IMG/VR virus record: IMGVR_UViG_3300015195_000004
Coordinates: 65,050-88,709 of that record
Length of the DNA stretch: 23,660 nt
Direction: 5' to 3' (one strand)
DNA from: a virus
Both the position numbers and the translations under genes were made by a program. Of the stretch, positions 14,693-22,511 are shown piece after piece (positions within the stretch are counted from its first letter, which is position 1; each line of letters opens with the position of its first letter). The notes under the pieces are model-generated. The model had not been told where the DNA came from. It searched no databases and saw only the letters and a list, made by a program, of their open reading frames with translations.

Positions 14693-14887
14693 ATGAATAA
14701 AGAAACAATTCAGATTTTGTTACCTGCTACAGTAGCACCATTAATCGAAGAAACGGGCATGGGTTTCGTTAAATTTTCAATAACAGAATCATATAAAGTA
14801 GATAATGAGGCAACGGCTAGTTGTTTAGAAAGAGTTGCCGAATTCCTAAGAGCTTCTAAAAATACGAATGGAGAACCAGTAACTTGA
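14693..14887 (+). CDS. Hypothetical protein
   Basis: The ORF track start at 14654 is the -35 TTG; ATG 14693 follows GAGGA. Confidence 0.65.
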   Translation: MNKETIQILLPATVAPLIEETGMGFVKFSITESYKVDNEATASCLERVAEFLRASKNTNGEPVT

Positions 14888-15663
14888 ATCTAGAAAATCT
14901 AGTAAACAGTCTTAGTCCTAACGATTTTAAGTCGGACCCTTTTGGACGTACGGATAAGAATAAAGTAGCATTACAAGTCCTCAAAGACCCAGGTATTGCC
15001 ATTCGTAAGCTTTATAGCCTTGGGGTTCCATTTGCGATAACGATAGTTAATTCGGGCCGCACAGGACAAGGAATTGCATATGTATCAGTTAATGTGGCAC
15101 TAACTATTGGCAGTCAAACATATACAATGCCCGGATCATCAGAAGGCGAAACTCCCAACCACGGCATTGCTGGAGTACAGCTTCAGGCAATTAATAATGC
15201 CCTTCTTCGTAACTTCCGCATGGCGGAGTTTCAATATGGAGAAATTGAAGATTCTACACCTATTGTTTCAGTAATTCCCCCTAACCTCATCCAGGTAGCT
15301 ACGCCTGCTCCTCAGGTTGTAGTTAATGTGCCCATTCCTACCACACAAGCCCCACAATCGGCTGTACAGGAAGCTCCAGCACCAGTAGCACATACATCAA
15401 ATGGACGCTTCGGAGCGAAGCCAGCAGGCCTTACACCAGCAAGCAAGGGCAAGTCAGGCAAACCCTTCCCAGAGTGGACTGGAGAACTAAAGTTTAAGTC
15501 CGGTAAACATATCGGAGTAATGTATAAAGATGTTCCAATTGACTACTTGCAATTCTTAGCTAATACAGCAACGCCGCTAGAAACGGCCATTAAGGAGCTA
15601 AATAGACGTTTGGTCGCTCAAGGAACACCAGAAGTAGAACTACAGAACCAACAGGCTTGGTAA
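14884..15663 (+). CDS. Rad52/Sak-like ssDNA-annealing protein with Pro-rich linker and C-terminal DUF3820/ExoX-C-like domain
   Basis: Helix-beta-beta-beta-helix N-terminal pattern ending AINNALLRNFRMAEFQY; P/A/Q linker; C-terminal LKFKSGKHIGVMYKDVPIDYLQFL. Confidence 0.55.
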   Translation: MNLENLVNSLSPNDFKSDPFGRTDKNKVALQVLKDPGIAIRKLYSLGVPFAITIVNSGRTGQGIAYVSVNVALTIGSQTYTMPGSSEGETPNHGIAGVQLQAINNALLRNFRMAEFQYGEIEDSTPIVSVIPPNLIQVATPAPQVVVNVPIPTTQAPQSAVQEAPAPVAHTSNGRFGAKPAGLTPASKGKSGKPFPEWTGELKFKSGKHIGVMYKDVPIDYLQFLANTATPLETAIKELNRRLVAQGTPEVELQNQQAW

Positions 15664-15668
15664 ACTAA

Positions 15669-16319
15669 ATGAAAGTTCTGGACAATGGACATCTAGAAGT
15701 TGTTGACTCTATGGGCAATGATCTTACAACAGTTAATGCCGCAAGAGTTTCAATGGGGAAATCTTCAGACGAATTCTCAGAAAAAGATGCTAAACTCATT
15801 AAATATTTAGCAGAACACAATCACACATCCCCTTTTAGGCATTCTTTTATTAGTTTTAGGTGGAAGGCCCCTATTTCGGTCCAAAGACAGGTATTTACTC
15901 ACCACCAAGGCATTTCTTCTAATAGCGAAAGTTCTAGATATATTGAAATAAATGAAGAATTTTATGTCCCTGAAATAATGCGTTCGCAATCTAAGAATAA
16001 TAAACAAGGCTCAGGAGAACCTTTAGACACAATTAGTCATATTTTATCTAAATGTATGTACTTAAAAGCGTGTGAAACTTCTTTTCAACAATACACGAAA
16101 ATGTTAGACTATGGAGTAGCTAGGGAACAGGCGAGAGATGTTCTTCCTATGTGTACATATGTGTCCTGGTACTGGACTGCTAGCCTTCAGGCTATAGCAC
16201 ACTTTATTAACCTAAGAAGCGGCGAAGGTTCACAATGGGAAATAAATCAATATGCCGATGCTATGAAGATATTGACACATGAACTATTTCCTATAAGTTT
16301 GGAGGCATTACTAAAGTGA
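15669..16319 (+). CDS. thyX: Flavin-dependent thymidylate synthase
   Basis: VNAARVS; HTSPFRH; APISVQRQ...SESSRY; GVAREQARDVLP; HFINLR; QWEI. Confidence 0.93.
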   Translation: MKVLDNGHLEVVDSMGNDLTTVNAARVSMGKSSDEFSEKDAKLIKYLAEHNHTSPFRHSFISFRWKAPISVQRQVFTHHQGISSNSESSRYIEINEEFYVPEIMRSQSKNNKQGSGEPLDTISHILSKCMYLKACETSFQQYTKMLDYGVAREQARDVLPMCTYVSWYWTASLQAIAHFINLRSGEGSQWEINQYADAMKILTHELFPISLEALLK

Positions 16320-16519
16320 TTTATAATTTTAAGGAAAGATTCTTTATTAAACACTTAGAAGACTTATTAGGTAACTTGTCAGTAAGATCATTTAACTACG
16401 GCCATGCCAGTATAACCCACCATTCAGTTGACCTCTTAGTATTGAATGCAGTAGAAGACTTAGTAGAATTAATTAGACAGTATAAAGAATATCAAGAAGA
16501 CACGTATGGTAAGAATTAA
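16316..16519 (+). CDS. Hypothetical protein
   Basis: 67-aa ORF; GTGA overlap with thyX. Confidence 0.6.
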   Translation: MIYNFKERFFIKHLEDLLGNLSVRSFNYGHASITHHSVDLLVLNAVEDLVELIRQYKEYQEDTYGKN

Positions 16520-16521
16520 CT

Positions 16522-17073
16522 ATGAGAATTCTAGGAATTGATCCTGGCAAAACAAATATGGCCTTATGTTTATTGACAGATGCCCCTTCTTCATTTGGAG
16601 AATTTACATTCCAAACTTGGAAACTTAAGGCTATAGATCATGATATTAATGCATTCCGGTTGCATGATTTAGATATGCAATTAAATAGCTGTATCCCCAA
16701 AGATATTGACTTGATTGTACACGAAGGAATAGCATTTGGAGAGAAGTTTGGTGTTGCTGAATCGGGAATGGTACAGTATATCATACAATCTAATGCAATA
16801 GAGAATAATATCAAATTTATAACCATCGCTTCTGCAACGATGAAGAGATTTCTACAGATTGTAACTCCAAAAGGTGGCAAATCTAAAGGCAAGACCGATC
16901 TTGCTTTAGCAGTTTATAAAAAGTGGCAACTTGATTTCCCTTCTCAAGATGAAACAGATTCCTTTATTCTTGCACAACTCGGTATGGCTGTACTTAAGAA
17001 CGAATTTATATTAACTGCGCCGAAGAAAGCTGTAAAGAAATCTCGTAAAAAGATGGAGAAGGTACTTGAGTAA
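16522..17073 (+). CDS. ruvC: RuvC-like Holliday junction resolvase
   Basis: MRILGIDPG; IVHEG; ATMKRF; GK; DETDS. Confidence 0.85.
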   Translation: MRILGIDPGKTNMALCLLTDAPSSFGEFTFQTWKLKAIDHDINAFRLHDLDMQLNSCIPKDIDLIVHEGIAFGEKFGVAESGMVQYIIQSNAIENNIKFITIASATMKRFLQIVTPKGGKSKGKTDLALAVYKKWQLDFPSQDETDSFILAQLGMAVLKNEFILTAPKKAVKKSRKKMEKVLE

Positions 17074-19197
17074 ATGGAGGCATTTGCTATGATAACGAGT
17101 GAGCTAGTGCCTTTACCTGGGTTTGATTTGCCTATAAAGAAAACCAGCAAAAAGAGAGAACCTAAAGAGAAGGTTATTTCTACTGATCCTAAGAAGAAAA
17201 AGGGATTAATTTTCACCCTCAACAAGCCTACTAAAGCTAAACTAGAAAGTACTGAAAAAGAGGTTTTGGAGAGCTTTGGTGGCACTTTACCACCAAACTA
17301 TCACATTGTACAGACTCTGCATGAACTAGGCCTCCTAGCCCGTTCTATAGCTCAATGGGGGTACATGAGTTGGGATACTGAGACAAGCGGACTAGACCCT
17401 TGGAGAGATGAGCTATACTGCGTTTCCTTATGGGTTAATGGAGAAGGATACCTAATTAATTTTAGTCATCCTGATTTGCCGAAAATTGATAAAGAGACAT
17501 TTAAACTGATTGTGGGTTCTTACTTTTCTGATGGCACAGGACAATACACTTTTAACGGGAAATTTGACGGGCACTTCCTAGAAGAACAGGCTTCTATACC
17601 TGTTGGATATATTAATTTTGATTCTTACGCAGCTTCTTGGTTCTTAGACGAGAATCTTCCTTCCGGCAAGCGTAAGCTAAAGCCCTTATGTGAATCGTGG
17701 TTAGGCGAGAAGACCTTAGGCACCTATACTGATGCCTTTGGTAACTTAGCCTGGATTCTAGTGCCTGGTAAGTTGGCAGCATACTATGCTATTAAAGACG
17801 CAGAACTGCATTATAAACTAGCAATGTATTCAGAAGAAGAAATGAAGAAGCATCCTAAGTCTCATAAGAATTTTCATGAAGTAGAGATGCCGATTTATAA
17901 CATATTCTTTGAAACTGAGCGTGATGGATTACCTATTGTTGAAGAGGAATTAGATAAACTACAAGAATTCTTAGGCAATAAGGTAATTGCTCTTAAAGCT
18001 GAGATGAACGCTATGCTCCAGGCTGAAGGCATTACTCCTCCTGAGAACTGGGCATCTAATGACCAAGTAGCAGAAATCTTCTATGGTCCTCTGAAACTAC
18101 CAGTACTGAAGAAAACAGCCAAATCTGGTAAGCCTGCTTTAGATAAGCCCACATACGAAAAACTAGAGGCCTATCATCCCATTGTTCCCTTATTCATGGA
18201 CTATAAGAATACAGAGAAACAGCACGGGACCTTTGTAGGTGGCATTAAGAATGCTATGGTAGACGGTAAGATACATCCCGGACTTAAAACCACAGGTGCT
18301 GAATCGACTCGTTCTTCTTCAGGAGACCCCTTTAATATGCAGAATGTGCCTGCTAAGGGTGACAGGGGAGGGGAAATAAGAAATGTATTTACATGCCCAG
18401 AAGATTATTATATTGTATCTATAGATTATTCAGGACAAGAACTAAGGATTCAGGCTTGCTTATCTGGAGACCCTGCTCTAACAAATTCTGCATTATCTAA
18501 TACATATTATTCAGAAACTGCCGCACTAGCGTATGGGGGGCATCATACAGACTATACTAAGCATGGAGAAAAGGGACTATTAAGAGATAAGGGTAAGGCC
18601 TGTATTTTAGCAAAAAATTACGGTGCCAGGGCCAAGAAACTTGCAGCTATATTAGGTATTTCGATTGATAGAACAGAGAAGTTTGAGGCAGACTTTGCTA
18701 AAAAATACTGGAAATATGACAAATGGGTAGAATCTGAGAAAACTAAATCCCACAATCAACCCCTAGAGAACTTTGACGGCAGGCAACGCAGGTGTGATTA
18801 TTCTCAGTTTGATAAGACATTCCAGATTTGGGGGTTAGAAAGATCAGCCATTAGTTTTCTCGTGCAGGGTAGTGCTGCCGGGCAACTTAAGCGAGCACAG
18901 CTTCTTTGTTATAATCATTTAAAGAAAAAGGTATATAAATCTAAGGTAAAGTTCCCCATTCATGATGAAATTATGTTCTGGATACACAAGGATGAACTAT
19001 TCGATACACTAATTATTCAGGAAATTCAATATATAATGCAAAACTGTTGCCCAGAGTTAACTATCGAATTTCAGACAACTGTCGAAATCCAAAAACGCTG
19101 GGGAAAAGTAATACACTTAGAATCTCCTGATCCGACATTAATTATAGAGCAGGAAATCATCGAAACACCCCTTGACCCCTCTCTAGAAGTGTGGTAG
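17074..19197 (+). CDS. polA: Family A DNA polymerase with 3'-5' exonuclease
   Basis: WDTETSGL; FNGKFD; YAIKDA; NMQNVP; motif A DYSGQELR; motif B RDKGKACILAKNYG; VQGSAA; motif C IHDEI. Confidence 0.95.
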   Translation: MEAFAMITSELVPLPGFDLPIKKTSKKREPKEKVISTDPKKKKGLIFTLNKPTKAKLESTEKEVLESFGGTLPPNYHIVQTLHELGLLARSIAQWGYMSWDTETSGLDPWRDELYCVSLWVNGEGYLINFSHPDLPKIDKETFKLIVGSYFSDGTGQYTFNGKFDGHFLEEQASIPVGYINFDSYAASWFLDENLPSGKRKLKPLCESWLGEKTLGTYTDAFGNLAWILVPGKLAAYYAIKDAELHYKLAMYSEEEMKKHPKSHKNFHEVEMPIYNIFFETERDGLPIVEEELDKLQEFLGNKVIALKAEMNAMLQAEGITPPENWASNDQVAEIFYGPLKLPVLKKTAKSGKPALDKPTYEKLEAYHPIVPLFMDYKNTEKQHGTFVGGIKNAMVDGKIHPGLKTTGAESTRSSSGDPFNMQNVPAKGDRGGEIRNVFTCPEDYYIVSIDYSGQELRIQACLSGDPALTNSALSNTYYSETAALAYGGHHTDYTKHGEKGLLRDKGKACILAKNYGARAKKLAAILGISIDRTEKFEADFAKKYWKYDKWVESEKTKSHNQPLENFDGRQRRCDYSQFDKTFQIWGLERSAISFLVQGSAAGQLKRAQLLCYNHLKKKVYKSKVKFPIHDEIMFWIHKDELFDTLIIQEIQYIMQNCCPELTIEFQTTVEIQKRWGKVIHLESPDPTLIIEQEIIETPLDPSLEVW

Positions 19198-19200
19198 TAT
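19172..19200 (+). promoter_or_regulatory. Sigma70-like promoter, leaderless geometry
   Basis: TTGACC(19172-19177)-N17-TAGTAT(19195-19200), with TG; ATG 6 nt later. Confidence 0.65.
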
Positions 19201-19206
19201 AGGAAT

Positions 19207-19317
19207 ATGAAGAATGTTAGAGACCATAATCCTTATGACATCCACTGGTCAATATTTGACCTCCTAGCATTTTTAACTGTAATTATATACGCTTCTTATA
19301 CTTTAGGACACAAATGA
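19207..19317 (+). CDS. Small membrane peptide (36 aa)
   Basis: Not in the ORF track. MKNVRDHNPYDIHWSIFDLLAFLTVIIYASYTLGHK; ATGA overlap with the next gene. Confidence 0.55.
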   Translation: MKNVRDHNPYDIHWSIFDLLAFLTVIIYASYTLGHK

Positions 19318-19508
19318 CAAATATAAAGATAGACGACAAAGACCTCTGTGCTGTTATGTGTGGTGGATGCCATATGTTTTATTTAGGTAATACTGGGCTA
19401 GATTCAGACCCTGTAAAATGTGTCACATACCAAGACTTAGAGGATTTAGGAAAAATCTATATTTGTTCAATGTGCTGGGCCTCCCCTCATGAAAGAAAGT
19501 TGAATTAA
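19314..19508 (+). CDS. Small Cys-rich (Zn-finger-like) protein
   Basis: CGGC...CSMC. Confidence 0.65.
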   Translation: MTNIKIDDKDLCAVMCGGCHMFYLGNTGLDSDPVKCVTYQDLEDLGKIYICSMCWASPHERKLN

Positions 19509-19509
19509 T

Positions 19510-20148
19510 ATGAATGAAGAACAGCCAGTAATTTATGATATTATCCCCGCAGAACCCGTTCCAGGAATCGAGTACGATTCTCGTAAAAGGGCAAAGGCTA
19601 TTAGAGAGGCTCAAGTAAGGTCTAGTATTCGTATGCGCGAAGGATTTCGAGTAATAACCAATCCTAATGATCCTCGCTTGCACTGCCCTAATAAAGTAGT
19701 TAAGAACCCCCAGGACTTTGAAGTAGTTGAAATGTCCCGTACCTTGGTTGCCCTACACCTCATAGCAGGAGGCGTAGGTTTGGCTGCACCGCAAATAGGC
19801 TGGAATGTTAAGGCCTGTGCGATAGCCCTTATGGATGAAAAGGGTCTTCCAACTCACAACACAGTAGTTCTTTATAATCCTCGGATCATAGCGGCAACTT
19901 CTGTGGAAGATGACAACATTGAATATCAGGAGGAAGGGTGCCTCTCAGTCCCAGGAGTAACGGCTGAAGTGTGCCGCCTGAAAAGCCTACAATTCATTGC
20001 GAGCACATTCCAGAAGCCTAAAGAAGAATATTATACTGCTACTGGTTTGTTTGCCCGTTGCCTAGCCCATGAAGTGGGGCACCTTAAAGGGAAACTATTC
20101 CTTGATGAGGCCTATGTTAGGAATGTGAAGAGAGAAGAAGCAAAATGA
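19510..20148 (+). CDS. def: Peptide deformylase
   Basis: All three PDF motifs: GVGLAAPQIG, EGCLS, HEVGH. Confidence 0.95.
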   Translation: MNEEQPVIYDIIPAEPVPGIEYDSRKRAKAIREAQVRSSIRMREGFRVITNPNDPRLHCPNKVVKNPQDFEVVEMSRTLVALHLIAGGVGLAAPQIGWNVKACAIALMDEKGLPTHNTVVLYNPRIIAATSVEDDNIEYQEEGCLSVPGVTAEVCRLKSLQFIASTFQKPKEEYYTATGLFARCLAHEVGHLKGKLFLDEAYVRNVKREEAK

Positions 20149-20363
20149 GAAGTGTGTGGTGCGGGACCTGCAGGAAAGATTATAATTTTCCAGGAACAGA
20201 ATATCCATCTATTTGGATTGACCGACATATTGCAGAGCATGAACGTGAATTTAAGACCAATGAAGAAGATTACCAGCATATGAGAGACCTAAAGCCTCTG
20301 CACTCTAAGGCCGACATACTTAATAAAGCACACCAAATGATTAATCAAAAGGATTCAAAATGA
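20145..20363 (+). CDS. Small C2H2-like Zn-finger protein
   Basis: CGTC...HIAEH. Confidence 0.6.
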   Translation: MRSVWCGTCRKDYNFPGTEYPSIWIDRHIAEHEREFKTNEEDYQHMRDLKPLHSKADILNKAHQMINQKDSK

Positions 20364-20674
20364 GCATTCCTTGTAATAACTACCCACGTGAGGGATATTA
20401 TGCCCCTAAGGCTCCTGAAGGATTAAAAGATACTGATGTATCTAAGTTTAGTTTTGCTGGAACAAGAACTAGGGAACTACCAGGAGACATTGCCTATGAT
20501 TCCTCTCTGCAAGAGGACTTGATGGCTAATCTAGAGAATCTCTTTGATGACGCATACAGTATTGGTGAATGGAATAACCACATGCCTTCACTAGACAAAG
20601 AAAAGATACTTAAAGAATATTGTGAATCTATACAGAATGTAATATTGTTAGCAGTTAGGAATAATCTACCTTGA
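20360..20674 (+). CDS. Hypothetical protein
   Basis: 104-aa ORF with ATGA/TTGA overlaps. Confidence 0.7.
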   Translation: MSIPCNNYPREGYYAPKAPEGLKDTDVSKFSFAGTRTRELPGDIAYDSSLQEDLMANLENLFDDAYSIGEWNNHMPSLDKEKILKEYCESIQNVILLAVRNNLP

Positions 20675-21486
20675 GTAATATTATAGGCACTCCAAAGAAC
20701 AGAACCTCTATCCTAGCAGATATGGAAGTTATTGCCCAAACGCACTTTGGTAAAGAGTTAGACACTAAGTTCTTCCCTTTTTTAGCTGAGATAGTTCGTT
20801 ATCTGCCTGCAACTACATTTAATGCCATTTCTGATTCCGATACTGGAGTAGTTAGCTTCTCAGGTCCTGTTGAGTATAAAGGCGAAGAGACTGAGGATTC
20901 AGTAACTCCTCTTATTGAGGATATTTTAGTTGTCCATCAAAATGCACCTCTTCATATCCCCCTGTCTATCCTCTTCTCCTCTACAGGAGGAGATTTAGAC
21001 GGCGGGTTAGCTATTATGGGAGCTATTCAGTACGCTAGACATGGAGGAAGACAAGTACATATTCATGTAACAGGTTCTGCTATGTCAATGGGGCACCAAA
21101 TATTACAATCTGCCGATCTTCGTACCATGGAGCCTAATGCATGTTTAATGCTACATGAAATGGCGTGGAATATTGGCAATAGTACAGTAACTGAGCATGC
21201 TATGGAAGCGGCAGCAGGGCTCAAACTGATGAAGACCTTTATTGAACTTTGGACCATAAGAACCGGCAAACCGTATGAATATTGGGCAGAGAAGATTAAA
21301 CACAAGGATGCTTATTATTCCGCTAAAGAGGCTTTGGAAGAAGGGCTAATAGACCAAATTATAGAATGGAAGCCCTATAAAGCCCCTCTTTATGTTCCAG
21401 TTCCGGTAAAGGTTAAGAAGCCTAGGATTCCTAAAGTGAAGAAGGCCGAAGTAGTTAATATAGGTACCGATGTTGGAACCATTTGA
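20671..21486 (+). CDS. clpP: ClpP-like serine protease
   Basis: STGGDLDGG; GSAMSMG (Ser); LMLHE (His); KDAYYSAKEALEEGLIDQI (Asp). Confidence 0.88.
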   Translation: MSNIIGTPKNRTSILADMEVIAQTHFGKELDTKFFPFLAEIVRYLPATTFNAISDSDTGVVSFSGPVEYKGEETEDSVTPLIEDILVVHQNAPLHIPLSILFSSTGGDLDGGLAIMGAIQYARHGGRQVHIHVTGSAMSMGHQILQSADLRTMEPNACLMLHEMAWNIGNSTVTEHAMEAAAGLKLMKTFIELWTIRTGKPYEYWAEKIKHKDAYYSAKEALEEGLIDQIIEWKPYKAPLYVPVPVKVKKPRIPKVKKAEVVNIGTDVGTI

Positions 21487-21589
21487 TTCCAGACCAGATT
21501 CTTATGTATATCAAGAGCCGGAATTACAAATTGGTTGGTCAGAGGCAAGCGCCTTTGATGATGCTTTCCCAGGATATGATGAGCTATGA
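21470..21589 (+). CDS. Acidic microprotein (39 aa)
   Basis: MLEPFDSRPDSYVYQEPELQIGWSEASAFDDAFPGYDEL fills the gap after clpP. Confidence 0.45.
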   Translation: MLEPFDSRPDSYVYQEPELQIGWSEASAFDDAFPGYDEL

Positions 21590-21645
21590 TAATTTCTTGC
21601 TGGCGTTGCGCCAGAGGATTAGGATGCAACAGGCATAATGATTAG
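21586..21645 (+). CDS. Possible Cys-rich micropeptide (19 aa)
   Basis: MIISCWRCARGLGCNRHND; ATGA overlap upstream and overlaps the next start. Confidence 0.3.
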   Translation: MIISCWRCARGLGCNRHND

Positions 21646-21979
21646 CATAATAAATCTTCATAATAATAGGCAATTAGGAATAAATGAGTTTTATGTCGGC
21701 AGGGCTTGCAAACATCGTCCAGAACTGATAGGATCAGTATTAAGTAACCAATTCTTTATCTATTCTAGAGAAACTAATATAGAAAAATATGAAGAGTGGA
21801 TCAGAATTAAGATAGAACAGAAAAATTCTACAATTATTGATGCTTTAGAAGAATTATATCAAAAAGCATTATTATCTGACATCCGCCTTGCATGCTGGTG
21901 TGAACCGGAAGATTGCCATTGTAGAATTATAAAAGAGATTTTAGAAGTTGCTTTGGAGGCACAGAATGACCAAGGATAG
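21638..21979 (+). CDS. DUF4326 domain protein
   Basis: FYVGR...GSVLSNQF...YEEW...LACWCEPEDCH. Confidence 0.85.
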   Translation: MISIINLHNNRQLGINEFYVGRACKHRPELIGSVLSNQFFIYSRETNIEKYEEWIRIKIEQKNSTIIDALEELYQKALLSDIRLACWCEPEDCHCRIIKEILEVALEAQNDQG

Positions 21980-22505
21980 AGACAAGACTTATGATCTAGA
22001 TGATCTTATAGAGGACCTTGAGAAAAAGGACCCTTGGTATGAAGAAGTTTGGCATTGGGTTAAGTACAGGCCTATTGGATTCTATCGTGATGTAAAATTT
22101 GAAGTCAAGAATTGGCTTCAGAGAGCCCTCTGGGGGTACTCGACATACGACTGTTGGAATTACTATGGGAATACCTCTGCCCGTGCTGTAAAGTGCCTTA
22201 CATGGCTCAGAGACAAGGGTCATGGAGCTAAGGTTGCTGGAGAGTGGTCTGCTATTCAGTCTATGGATGGAGACAGAACAGAGTGGATTGAAGAAATCAA
22301 CAAAATGTTATTTTTTCATGGTGTTTGTGCCGGGCTAGAAAGACCAAAAGATAAGCAGTTTGAGGCATCATATAAAACTAGAAAAGGTATCCACACATAT
22401 ACAGTAACTCATTATGATAGGTATAACTTAACTCCTGATGAGGAAGAAGAATATAAAATTGGGAAATGGGCGTACTTACGAAGTTTTGAACGCCTATGGG
22501 ATTGA
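21966..22505 (+). CDS. Hypothetical phage protein
   Basis: ORF track 21948..22505; ATG 21966 follows GGAGG. Trp-rich; ends FERLWD. Confidence 0.75.
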   Translation: MTKDRDKTYDLDDLIEDLEKKDPWYEEVWHWVKYRPIGFYRDVKFEVKNWLQRALWGYSTYDCWNYYGNTSARAVKCLTWLRDKGHGAKVAGEWSAIQSMDGDRTEWIEEINKMLFFHGVCAGLERPKDKQFEASYKTRKGIHTYTVTHYDRYNLTPDEEEEYKIGKWAYLRSFERLWD

Positions 22506-22511
22506 TGATTA

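Noticed and set aside
17074-19197. DpoZ / Z-genome polymerase
   Set aside because: No purZ, datZ or mazZ in the window, and no diagnostic evidence visible by eye.
8077-22223. Shadow ORFs in the track (8077-, 8935-, 10324+, 10616-, 11539-, 11551+, 13251-, 13699+, 14254+, 14493-, 15807-, 16638-, 16944-, 19423-, 21063-, 21390-, 21996-)
   Set aside because: All overlap well-supported + strand genes in antisense or alternative frames and have no motifs.
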